Positions 41,333 to 50,843 of a stretch of DNA of 64,000 bases are shown here, in pieces. The notes under the pieces were generated by a model. That model worked only from the letters and a program-made list of their open reading frames with translations. It made no database searches and was not told where the DNA came from. The position numbers were made by a program, and so were the translations under genes. Within the stretch, counting starts at the first letter, position 1. Every line of letters starts with the position of its first letter. Source of the DNA: Promethearchaeota archaeon (GTDB lineage: Archaea > Asgardarchaeota > Heimdallarchaeia > Hodarchaeales > Hodarchaeaceae); contig JBHLMN010000012.1 in NCBI GenBank assembly GCA_048938105.1, positions 1-64,000 on the forward strand. Direction: 5' to 3'.

Positions 41333-41863
41333 ATGCCAAAAGTAAAAGAGGTTACTGTTAATATCGGAGTTAAGGATGTTTTTTCAATAAGTGGTACTTT
41401 TGTTCCAAACAAAAATGAAGAAGAGGCTGCCTGGGAATTATATGTAGAATTGATAACCCGAATCACAGTTGTTAAGCTAAAAAAAGACAAAGGTTTTCTG
41501 AGAGAAGCATTAAATTCTTATCATAGTTTATTTAAGACAACAAGGGGAATTATGCGGGAAAAAGGCCCAGATTTAGCAAGACCCAAATCAAGTAGTAAAA
41601 TTACACTTGGTTTAATAGCTGTTTCAGTTTTAAATTATGTTTTAAGGCCATTGCTGACAGAATGGCACCCAATTTTAGAAGATTATGAATCGACACGTCC
41701 AAAAAACCTTTCACGAAAAGCTCATGAAGATAAATGGGAAAACAACAAAGACCTAAGAGATAAAATTGCTGAGACTAGAGAAACTTTACTACATTATGCC
41801 CAGCTACTTGCTGATATTGCAAAAGTTGAACCAATCCACATTGTTCCAGCTCCTCTTACCTAG
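41333..41863 (+). CDS. Conserved-looking helical hypothetical protein downstream of the TIR gene
   Basis: GAGGAG RBS before ATG 41333; AAWELYVELITRI...LRPLLTEWHP. Confidence 0.7.
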   Translation: MPKVKEVTVNIGVKDVFSISGTFVPNKNEEEAAWELYVELITRITVVKLKKDKGFLREALNSYHSLFKTTRGIMREKGPDLARPKSSSKITLGLIAVSVLNYVLRPLLTEWHPILEDYESTRPKNLSRKAHEDKWENNKDLRDKIAETRETLLHYAQLLADIAKVEPIHIVPAPLT

Positions 41864-42006
41864 AGGGATTAAGAAGTTCCAGTGTTGAAATTATTTCAAA
41901 TTGATAAACATCCACATTGCGAATTGTTGGTTCTCATTCATGTAATTTATAACAGCTCATATCTAATTACAAATAATCTGTACAACTATGGAATTTTTTT
42001 TCTCAA

Positions 42007-42034
42007 ATGTCGTCAAACCAGCCTGAGAGAAGCT
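42007..42034 (+). repeat. dif-like site (class II)
   Basis: atgtcgtcaaa-ccagcc-tgagagaagct. Confidence 0.9.
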
Positions 42035-42081
42035 TTCTGAGGGAATAGAAGCCCCTAAGAAAGATAATTAATTGTAAAATA

Positions 42082-42330
42082 CTACCCTCTAGAGACTCCT
42101 AGCTCATCTAACAAGTTAACAAAGTCCAAAACACTCATCTCAGCAATGGAAGCGGCACCTTCATAAAGTCGAAATTCAACAAATAATTTAATTGCCTCAA
42201 TCTGCTTTTTAGTACATTTATTCTTAATTAAATCCCAATTAACTGATTTTCGCCTTTCTTCTTTCGCCTCCTTCTCCCAAGCTTCAAAGTTTTCCATATA
42301 TTCTTCTGCCAATTTTCTTGCATTACTCAT
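42082..42330 (-). CDS. UPF0175-like antitoxin
   Basis: C-terminal AIKLF...GAASIAEMSVLDFVNLLDELGV HTH; overlaps the PIN gene. Confidence 0.65.
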   Translation of the reverse strand: MSNARKLAEEYMENFEAWEKEAKEERRKSVNWDLIKNKCTKKQIEAIKLFVEFRLYEGAASIAEMSVLDFVNLLDELGVSRG

Positions 42331-42823
42331 GATTACCATACCTTTGTTTTATACGAAAAAGATCTTTGGTTGAGTAAGTGCCAAGGAGTTTATCAAAAAA
42401 ATCTATTTTAATCTTACCCAATTCTAATAATCGAGTAAAGAAATAAGTACCTCTGAATATTTTGACTTCGGAATATTCTTGATGATGTTTTCGTATATAC
42501 CAGGGGGCAAAATTATCACTAATAACGAGGAAATATCCCCGCGATAGAGACAGAACTAATGTTTCAATTTCACTAACATGTTTTCCAGCATATTGAGAGG
42601 AAAATTCTTCATGTAATACATTGAATCTTTCTCTTTCAGCTGTTGTCAATTCTTCTTTCGTCATACAATTCAATTTCTCTAAATCACGATGAAATTGAAA
42701 AGATTCCTTCCATACTTCTGGAGAAATTAATATTTCATCAAAAACATCACAAAGATACTTTATAACTTCCAATCTCTTTAGATTAACTAGAAAAGAAGTA
42801 TCTAGCACCGTTTTTTCTTTCAT
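42323..42823 (-). CDS. PIN-domain toxin (DUF3368-like)
   Basis: VLDTSFL, ISPEVWKE, SEIETLVL and ISDN. Confidence 0.8.
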   Translation of the reverse strand: MKEKTVLDTSFLVNLKRLEVIKYLCDVFDEILISPEVWKESFQFHRDLEKLNCMTKEELTTAERERFNVLHEEFSSQYAGKHVSEIETLVLSLSRGYFLVISDNFAPWYIRKHHQEYSEVKIFRGTYFFTRLLELGKIKIDFFDKLLGTYSTKDLFRIKQRYGNHE

Positions 42824-42927
42824 TTCAACCTAAGGGAATTGTAAGATTTGAGAATTTATAAAGATATGTGGTTATCTTATGTTACAATTTAGATTTGTTG
42901 AAGTTTTTGGTGAATAATTTTGAACTA

Positions 42928-42955
42928 ATGTCGTAAAAGGTTGATTTGCCACATA
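42928..42955 (-). repeat. dif-like site (both arms fairly close to consensus)
   Basis: atgtcgtaaaa-ggttga-tttgccacata. Confidence 0.8.
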
Positions 42956-43065
42956 TTAGTTTAAAAATGATATTTCAATAGTAATGTCTCTTGATCCCTT
43001 GGAAATTGCATCCCTGTTTCCTTATATTATAAAATAAGGAGAAAAATCATTTTAGACTATATTCA

Positions 43066-46000
43066 TTAATTTAAATACTCAGATTTTTTAATGATTATAA
43101 TTTCTTCTTTCTTATAATCAATTTCAATAGTTAATTTATTTTTTATCTTTATTACACTATAAATTAAATCTAGAAATTCGAGAGTCTCTTCAATATACCA
43201 CTTTGGTTTTAATTGCTTATCTAATATTAAATTTGGTTGAAGTAGTTTTTCCAATCTTAAAATTGAGGTTTCATTTTCATATATTTGAATATCTTGTAAA
43301 TTAGATAAAATGTGTGAATTCCATGGACAGGGGATTTTTTCAGAAAAGACATAGAAATAAAACTGATCTAATCTCTCAACAAGTTCAAGTATATCTGATG
43401 TCCATGGGTTTAGATTTCTACCCATTAATATAACACGTTTTTCGATATTATCGCATAATTCCTCAATAATTTTTAGAAATTCAATTTTTTGTTCTGTTTT
43501 CACTGTATTGAGGAATTTAATAATTCTAAAATAGTCTCGCAAATCTAAATTTGCTAATATTTCTCTCTCATCAATATTTGGAATAGGAATATAACTTTCA
43601 AAGCTTTTTAGTCTTTTATTTAAATCTTGAGGTAATCCTCGTCTCCATTTATTATCTCCAAACAATATTCTTGTATAATTAAAAATAAAATTCTTTAATT
43701 TTTCTTCAAGAATGACTTTAATTTTGTTAATCGCTAAATCAAAATTATTACTTTCTACATTTCTCCTGATATCATTGAGAAGAATTTTATCCTCTCTCCA
43801 AATTCCCTTTCCCTTCAATGAAAACCAAATATCCCACTGTACAAACCTTTTTAATCTTGAAACCAAGTCCTTAATTGTTGACAAGTAATCTGAAATTAAT
43901 CTAGTTTTATCATCTAAAGAAGGACTTATTTTTAACATAAAAGATTTTAATAATTTTGCAAAATACGTGACTACTTCCAATTCATACCAAGAATTTTCAT
44001 GAAATTCTAATGCTTCTTCGTAATTCTGTACTTCGGAATCACATTGAATTACATAAGCCATTAAGAGCGAAGAAAATGATTCTTGAATTATTTCAACATT
44101 AAATTTCGCTAATGATGATTCTTTGGCAATTCGTAATGATTTGGAGAATTGATATACTTCTTTATACCCTCTGGCTGCACTGACTAATTTTTCAATAAAA
44201 GCACTTCCATATTCTTCTCCCCTCTTAATTGTATTCTCAAGGGCTAGTAATACTTCATCTTCATATTCTTCGGGTATTTCTTTAACAAAGTAAAGAGATG
44301 GAATAATATTGACAGGATTTACACTATAGATATGGTTTATTTTATTGAAATAGTCATTACAATTTTCATTTATAGTCCATGATGGTTCCTGATCCGTTTC
44401 TTTCTTTATTAACAGTCCAACGGAGAAAAGATGAATAATTAATTCTCTGTTCTTAAGAAAATCGTAACTTCCCTCAATAATCGGATCACTCAACCATATA
44501 TCTTCTAAAACTTTAATTAATCGTTCAAATGTATCACGATTTGATTCTGTTCTCGTTTTAAGTTCTTGAAAAGCCTTATGTAATTGGTTATGGCTTCTTT
44601 CAATATCTTTTCTTGCATTTCTTATTTCAACATCATCTTCTCTTATTGTTATTGAATCTTCTGTAAATTCCAATCGTTTAAATCTCTTGATAAGAATTTC
44701 AATATAATCACGAAAAGTCTTGATCGGACGACCAGGATGTTTTTCCATTTTGGACAATCTAACTAAGTAATCTCTTGTGATAGAAGGAGCATTCTCGACC
44801 TCAATTGAAAATACTTTGAGTCTATGATTTATCATTGCTAAAGCTTCATCAATAGTAACTGAAGACATTGGATGATAATCATCAACACTCCCAGATATTG
44901 ATCTATCTCCCTTTATTCTCTGCGAAAGCTCATCAATCGCAGAAAAAAAGAAAGAAGTAGAGATTTCATGAGAAAAATCTTTTCTATAAATTTGAAGAGA
45001 TGTTATAAATCCAATAATCTCTTCCATATACTCTCCAATACTTGAATGCTTGTAGATATCTTCAATGAAAATTATTAATGCCTTTTTAACCGTTGATAAG
45101 GTTTTAAGCATAATAAGGCAATCTTCTTCAGGATCTATTTCTTCTGGAGTATAATCAAATTCATTTTGATGTACTTTTTTCAAGTGTGAACGTAATTTTA
45201 CGAAAAATTTTCTCTTTATTTCAACTACTCGCTCTCTTGCGTCTAAAGAAAAGATTATCACAATTGTATCATTATAATGCAGATTGATTAATCGATTCAT
45301 ATATTGAAATAATGTTGTTTTTCCAGATCCAAAAGCACCGTAAACACACATTGTTATGTTCTTAATGGAGGAAAAATTCCTTAGAATCGCATGTTTGAAT
45401 TGGTTTATCGAATTTGTTGGATAGATTATTTCATCATAGTATTCAGGATTAATATTACTTAATCCATCTTTAGATGGAAAAGGATTTTCTTTCAAACCAA
45501 GCCGTTTATACCAATCTAAATATTCAATGTTATCCTCGACTTCTTCTGAGGGAAGAGGAGGAAGGAATTCAACAGGACGATCTTTATATCGTTCTATAAC
45601 TGAGGCACTTCTCTTTCTATATTTTTCGAGTTCTTTAGTCATTGTAGATAATTCTTTTTGTAATTCAATTAATTTAATATCCTTTCTACGTCTTGAAAGA
45701 TGATCCTGAATGCTCTCTTCTCGTGATTCAAAGTATCTTTCATTATAATAATCTAATATTCGATTATGATAATACTGAATTTGTTTTAAAAGAAAAATTT
45801 CTTTCAAAGCTTCATATAATTTTTCAAAATTGATAATTAAATCCTTTGAAATTAAATATTTCAGAAAATTTAAAGCAAAATCCTCAATATTAAGGCTAGA
45901 AACAGATTTCATTTGCTTTCTAATTGTTATCAATTCTTCTTTTGAGTTCGCTCTTGTAATCTTCTTTTGATTTCTATAAAAAAAGATTTCTAATTCTTTT

Positions 46001-47013
46001 GTGATTTCATAATCCTTTAGAGGATCAGAAATTTCTTCAGAAATTTCTTTCTCTCTATAAGGTAAGCTAAACCTTATGATACCATCTTTCCTTGCTTCTG
46101 GAGAAACTGAAGTATCACTTGGGCAAAAATTAAGGCCTCTTTCAGTATGAAAATAAGAATGAATCCCTCTAGCGGTATATGGATCATAATCAAGAATAGA
46201 GAATCTATACCTATATTTTTCTGGATTCCTCTTTTCAGGTAAATAAAGTGTCCCCATAATGAATGTTATATATTCTCTTTCTCTAGAAATTTCTTTTTTT
46301 ATATAAGAATCAGGATAATGCTCATGGCCAACAACTACTATATCAAAACTTTTCCCAATTTTCATTTCTAAGTTGCGACGATTGTTAGGATATAAGCAAT
46401 GAGGGGGATGGTGTTGTACTAAAATAGACAAATTAAAATCATTTTTATCTTTAAAGGTATCTTTGATACCGTCAATATGAATAAAGGATGGCAATTTATC
46501 TTGGGCTAAAGAATTTGCTAAACATGAATTGAGCGATGTGATATTTATCTTGAATTTACTAATATCTACGGTTTTAGTGTAACCAAAAATTGAGTGTTTT
46601 TCGCATAAAAATCGTTCTTGAAATCTGATATAATTACTGAAGGCGTTATCTACATGAACTTTAAAATCAGAGGAGGAGAAAATTTCTTCAAATTTCATAC
46701 TATTTGGTGTTTCTATATATTTAAAAGCTGTACCTAATGAATCACGGTTATAGTCATGATTTCCAGGTGTAAAGAAGAATCTAGAGCTATCAATATTAAG
46801 ACTGTGTCTTAATCTTTCAAAAAAGAGTAACGCCTTATCATATTGATCAACTTTCCCTTCTGATGTAATGTCTCCTGGTACAACGACTAAGTCAACTCTA
46901 TTTTCAGCTACAATCATTTGATCAAAATGGTTAATAATTTTATCGAAAATTCTGTCTTGTAGATTATCATTACTAACCATATGAAGATCTGAAAAGATAG
47001 CTATTGTAACCAA
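43066..47013 (-). CDS. Metallophosphoesterase - P-loop NTPase - helical/Swt1-HEPN-like multidomain defence protein
   Basis: FSDLH, VPGD, PGNHD, HHP and GHEH; LKENPF then YGAFGSGKTT and IFIEDI; KWRRGLP...LDLRDYFRII. Confidence 0.8.
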   Translation of the reverse strand: MVTIAIFSDLHMVSNDNLQDRIFDKIINHFDQMIVAENRVDLVVVPGDITSEGKVDQYDKALLFFERLRHSLNIDSSRFFFTPGNHDYNRDSLGTAFKYIETPNSMKFEEIFSSSDFKVHVDNAFSNYIRFQERFLCEKHSIFGYTKTVDISKFKINITSLNSCLANSLAQDKLPSFIHIDGIKDTFKDKNDFNLSILVQHHPPHCLYPNNRRNLEMKIGKSFDIVVVGHEHYPDSYIKKEISREREYITFIMGTLYLPEKRNPEKYRYRFSILDYDPYTARGIHSYFHTERGLNFCPSDTSVSPEARKDGIIRFSLPYREKEISEEISDPLKDYEITKELEIFFYRNQKKITRANSKEELITIRKQMKSVSSLNIEDFALNFLKYLISKDLIINFEKLYEALKEIFLLKQIQYYHNRILDYYNERYFESREESIQDHLSRRRKDIKLIELQKELSTMTKELEKYRKRSASVIERYKDRPVEFLPPLPSEEVEDNIEYLDWYKRLGLKENPFPSKDGLSNINPEYYDEIIYPTNSINQFKHAILRNFSSIKNITMCVYGAFGSGKTTLFQYMNRLINLHYNDTIVIIFSLDARERVVEIKRKFFVKLRSHLKKVHQNEFDYTPEEIDPEEDCLIMLKTLSTVKKALIIFIEDIYKHSSIGEYMEEIIGFITSLQIYRKDFSHEISTSFFFSAIDELSQRIKGDRSISGSVDDYHPMSSVTIDEALAMINHRLKVFSIEVENAPSITRDYLVRLSKMEKHPGRPIKTFRDYIEILIKRFKRLEFTEDSITIREDDVEIRNARKDIERSHNQLHKAFQELKTRTESNRDTFERLIKVLEDIWLSDPIIEGSYDFLKNRELIIHLFSVGLLIKKETDQEPSWTINENCNDYFNKINHIYSVNPVNIIPSLYFVKEIPEEYEDEVLLALENTIKRGEEYGSAFIEKLVSAARGYKEVYQFSKSLRIAKESSLAKFNVEIIQESFSSLLMAYVIQCDSEVQNYEEALEFHENSWYELEVVTYFAKLLKSFMLKISPSLDDKTRLISDYLSTIKDLVSRLKRFVQWDIWFSLKGKGIWREDKILLNDIRRNVESNNFDLAINKIKVILEEKLKNFIFNYTRILFGDNKWRRGLPQDLNKRLKSFESYIPIPNIDEREILANLDLRDYFRIIKFLNTVKTEQKIEFLKIIEELCDNIEKRVILMGRNLNPWTSDILELVERLDQFYFYVFSEKIPCPWNSHILSNLQDIQIYENETSILRLEKLLQPNLILDKQLKPKWYIEETLEFLDLIYSVIKIKNKLTIEIDYKKEEIIIIKKSEYLN

Positions 47014-47287
47014 TGATGGATCTCACCCCATCAATTAATTCTAATAGATGTTACAAGTATTCGTATATTATTATTGAATCATAATTTAAAAGCTTAACTT
47101 GGGTCTCGGTGTCTTTTAATTTTAGGTTGTATATAGATAATGTCAAATAGTTTCATAAAGATAATAGAATAAAATAATTACAATTATGACAATAGTTTTT
47201 GTAATAAATTATCATTATAAATTAAGATGGGATAGTTTAAAAGAGGCTTCTTTGATCTAACTAAACCACCTTGAGGGAAGTAAAAGA

Positions 47288-48661
47288 ATGAATCAGAGGG
47301 GTTATTCTTCTAATAACCAGATTTCCAAGTTCAAGTCTTTATTGAAAGAATATCCTTGGGACTTCATGGGATTTCTAATCCTTGCATTACTTATCCCCCG
47401 AATCTATAGTTTGACAAACACTTTTTGGGTTGGCCATATTGATTATAGTGCTCTTGCAATAGCAGAACAGTATGAATTTATGGGGATTCTAATAGAGATC
47501 GTGAATGAAACACTTCCTTTTGGTATCCTAGCGTTAGTAAGCCAGAATTTTAAGAGTCGGGAGAATATTGTGAAACAACTTGTTGCTGGTATAGCTTTAC
47601 AATTAATCCTTTCAATTAGTATGGCAGCATTAATCTTTCTCAATATCAACCAGTTTGTTGATTTCATAGGGACTGCACCTGAGCTAGTAGATCAAACCAT
47701 CTCTTACCTATCCTTACGAGCTATAGCGCTTCCCTTTACGTCAATGGCTCTACTTTTAATCGTTGGATTAAAGTCAATGGATCGAGCAAAGCTAGCTTTA
47801 GGAATTGTGTGTGTGAATGTTGCTATTAACATGTTATTAGACCTGTTTTTGGTCTCACAACTCCCCTTTTCCCTCCAATTAGGACTAAATGGTGTAGCTT
47901 TAGGCTATTTACTCTCAAATATCACTTACTTCATAGTTTCAACAATAACGTCTGTCCGAACACTCCAACTCAATAGAACAGACCTCACAACCAACCACAT
48001 TAAAAGCCAAACAAAACCCCTATTCACCATTGGGGGATGGACTGGAATAGACTCGTTTGTACGGAATTTCTTTTACTTTTTTGTTCTCCAGATTCTGAAT
48101 TTTATGGGTCCTAACCAATTTGCTGGATTTCAACTCTTTCAGCGCCTAATGTGGACAGTGTTAATACCAGTGATTGCACTCGCGGATGGTACAAGTATTC
48201 GTGTCGGAAATTACTTAAAAACAGACACAGCAAACCGAAATATTCCCCGTTTGCTATTCATGTCTTGTCTTCTTGCATTTGCTATTGTTGGCGGATTTGG
48301 ATTAACAGGACTTGTAACGATAGACGCAATGGGCTATATTTTCACTAAAAACCCAGATGTTGTACGCTACTCTAGCGAAATGTTCTTTTGGCAGATAATT
48401 CCTTATATGCTATTTGCAGTAGCCATGAACTTACGCGGATTATTCTTTGGAACGGGTAAAACGTACTATATCTTAATTATCAGTATAATCCTCAATCTGG
48501 CTATTATTTTCCCATTCTTCATCATGATTGATGCTGCTATTCTCCCACAGGCGTTTGGAACGATTATGTTGATGTTTGTTCTTGTTGATGTAGTTGACAT
48601 TGTGGTAACCTATACATTAGTTCATAGATTATTGGGCCGTCTCTTCCTCAAACAGTACTGA
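47288..48661 (+). CDS. MATE family efflux transporter
   Basis: About 12 TM helices; NMLLDLFLV...GLNGVALG and RVGNYL. Confidence 0.88.
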   Translation: MNQRGYSSNNQISKFKSLLKEYPWDFMGFLILALLIPRIYSLTNTFWVGHIDYSALAIAEQYEFMGILIEIVNETLPFGILALVSQNFKSRENIVKQLVAGIALQLILSISMAALIFLNINQFVDFIGTAPELVDQTISYLSLRAIALPFTSMALLLIVGLKSMDRAKLALGIVCVNVAINMLLDLFLVSQLPFSLQLGLNGVALGYLLSNITYFIVSTITSVRTLQLNRTDLTTNHIKSQTKPLFTIGGWTGIDSFVRNFFYFFVLQILNFMGPNQFAGFQLFQRLMWTVLIPVIALADGTSIRVGNYLKTDTANRNIPRLLFMSCLLAFAIVGGFGLTGLVTIDAMGYIFTKNPDVVRYSSEMFFWQIIPYMLFAVAMNLRGLFFGTGKTYYILIISIILNLAIIFPFFIMIDAAILPQAFGTIMLMFVLVDVVDIVVTYTLVHRLLGRLFLKQY

Positions 48662-48675
48662 AACAAAAACCTAAT

Positions 48676-49650
48676 TCATTTTTCTTTTTCGTGCATCGAG
48701 GGTCTTGATCCAGAGGGATATTGAATATTTTCCTGCATAATAACAGTATTATAATAACTTTGAGTATTATCATAAGATCTTAAACAATTAACTTCTTCTA
48801 TTAATTCTAAAAATGATTTTAATTTTAGTCGCTGATAATTTTTGTCATAATTCTGGATAAGCGAGTTAAGATGATTGAAATGGACATAACTCCAATCATC
48901 AGGAGAACTCTCTACCAACTGAAGTCGTTCTTTGATACGATTTTGAAAGATCTTTTGGGGAAGGATTCGAAGATGGTTAACAAATACATTTGGTTCGTTA
49001 GGAGGAAGATAAACTTTATTCTTATGAATAAAACGATGGAATCCTGATACAGTACGGAGTTCAGAAATAAGGGGAAGTGTCTGATCCGAAACATGTAGAA
49101 TATAGTCCTTATAGAAAGGGTCTCCCCATAAATCACTGATCTTCCCTTTTAGAGCTTGGTTTCTAACTAAATTAAGGATTTGCTTGGGAGTCAAATCAGC
49201 TTGAAAAAGATTAGGAGTAAGATACCAGTCAAAAAAAATCGTCCGTAACACAGGATATTGAGTATATTGATCAAGAAACTGTGAGAAATTTTGAAAAGAA
49301 TCTAACCATATAAACTCATCTGCATCAGGAAAAACCCACCAATTATCATCAGAATGGACGCTTTTTCCAACCACCCAGTCAAGTATAAAATTACAAAAAG
49401 TAGTTTGTTGTTGATAGTTAGAATGTCTGTATTTTGGGTCAAACAGAACAAGGTGAACTAGGTTAGTCTCTGATTCCCACTTCCTAACAATATCTAATGT
49501 TCCATCTTTGGATCCACAATCAAAAAGATATATCCTATCTGCTCCTAATGTCTGATAATGATGAAAAAAGGTTTCAAGAAGATATTTCTCATTCAATGTT
49601 CTTAAGACAATGTATAGAGGCATGATAACACAGCTATATTTTCTGTACAA
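48676..49650 (-). CDS. GT-A fold glycosyltransferase family 2 (Glyco_tranf_2_4-like)
   Basis: NEKYLLETFFHHYQTLG, FDCGSKDGT and VFPDADEF. Confidence 0.82.
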   Translation of the reverse strand: MYRKYSCVIMPLYIVLRTLNEKYLLETFFHHYQTLGADRIYLFDCGSKDGTLDIVRKWESETNLVHLVLFDPKYRHSNYQQQTTFCNFILDWVVGKSVHSDDNWWVFPDADEFIWLDSFQNFSQFLDQYTQYPVLRTIFFDWYLTPNLFQADLTPKQILNLVRNQALKGKISDLWGDPFYKDYILHVSDQTLPLISELRTVSGFHRFIHKNKVYLPPNEPNVFVNHLRILPQKIFQNRIKERLQLVESSPDDWSYVHFNHLNSLIQNYDKNYQRLKLKSFLELIEEVNCLRSYDNTQSYYNTVIMQENIQYPSGSRPSMHEKEK

Positions 49651-49679
49651 TTAAAGTAGTAAGGTTAATGATTCTTTGT

Positions 49680-50474
49680 TTATTCCTTAATTCTAATTAG
49701 TTCCTCTACTTCTGTTGTGAGAAATGTCAGTTGTGAAAGCATACTGATACACTGGTAAGGAGAGAGAAGTTTTGTACTATGTTGAGCTCGATTCCGTAGT
49801 TCCCGTAAGAAATGAAATCCATGAAAAAATGTCTGTAAGATTGTCTTCCGATCATCTGACATTGATAATTTTGCTTGAATCATATGGAGTACATTCATTA
49901 AGTCAGACCACCGATCATGTGTATTAATATAACTCCGAATATCTCCCATCCCTTTCGTACCTTTAAAGATAGTTGGAATAGTTTGTCTGATCACAGTAAA
50001 GAAGAAAAACTCTGACACTAATGCTAGTTTTGAAGCAGCTGTTGAATCATCGCTCTCTATTATTGCACGCAGTGCATAAAAATATTCGTCCTGATGTTCC
50101 TCATCCAGATATTGAAGGATATTAAACATTGTATTTCCATTAAATTGATTTGCTAGAATTACACAGGGATCGTTATTCCCAATGTAGCTTCTTGATTGAA
50201 CACCTCTCAACTTAATATAATGTTCCTCTCGTGTGAGTTGAAATACATTCGTTCCCAATGAAACATTACCAGAAGAAAACTTCAATATAACTGATTCAAT
50301 TTTCCCTTTTATATTATTTGTCACCAAATATTCATATTCTTTGTGCTTGACGTAGTTAAATCCTTCTTCAGGGTACATATGGTCAAGGAAAGATTCTAGT
50401 GTGTCAATAGCAGTGTTCAGAGGAAATATCAACACAATTTTATCTTCTAGCTGCACAAACATGGAATTTTCCAC
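49680..50474 (-). CDS. Hypothetical protein with C-terminal HEPN-like motif
   Basis: LRELRNRAQH (R-N-x3-H) in a helical C-terminus. Confidence 0.5.
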   Translation of the reverse strand: MENSMFVQLEDKIVLIFPLNTAIDTLESFLDHMYPEEGFNYVKHKEYEYLVTNNIKGKIESVILKFSSGNVSLGTNVFQLTREEHYIKLRGVQSRSYIGNNDPCVILANQFNGNTMFNILQYLDEEHQDEYFYALRAIIESDDSTAASKLALVSEFFFFTVIRQTIPTIFKGTKGMGDIRSYINTHDRWSDLMNVLHMIQAKLSMSDDRKTILQTFFHGFHFLRELRNRAQHSTKLLSPYQCISMLSQLTFLTTEVEELIRIKE

Positions 50475-50608
50475 CTAATTAGTTGTCCCCATTTTTTAAT
50501 AAATTTTTAACCTATCTATTCAAATTATTTGGAATTATTTTAAAAAGGAACACACTGCATTATAACCAGAAATAAACTCGAAACAGATAATCTTTACATG
50601 AGTCAGTA

Positions 50609-50636
50609 ACGGTGTTAATCCAACCTTTTGCGACAC
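50609..50636 (+). repeat. dif-like site (class I)
   Basis: acggtgttaat-ccaacc-ttttgcgacac. Confidence 0.9.
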
Positions 50637-50843
50637 ATAATCAATAAGGAACTCAGATATAGATTTAAAACTCTAAATTATCCTATTATCCTCACACACA
50701 TTACACCCAATGAATGATTCTTGTTTTAATACTAAATGAGAAAGCTAAAGATAGAGATTAGGATGCCAGGGATAGTCCATAGTTTGATAATTCGATAAAA
50801 AGAAAGGAATGGATTTCGAATATTTTCTGATGTAGCTGGTGAG

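Noticed and set aside
18971-42955. TGTCG arms as terminal inverted repeats of a DDE/Tn7-like transposon
   Set aside because: The arms all point the same way rather than facing each other, no target-site duplications or transposase were seen, and the conserved asymmetric core fits a tyrosine-recombinase site better.
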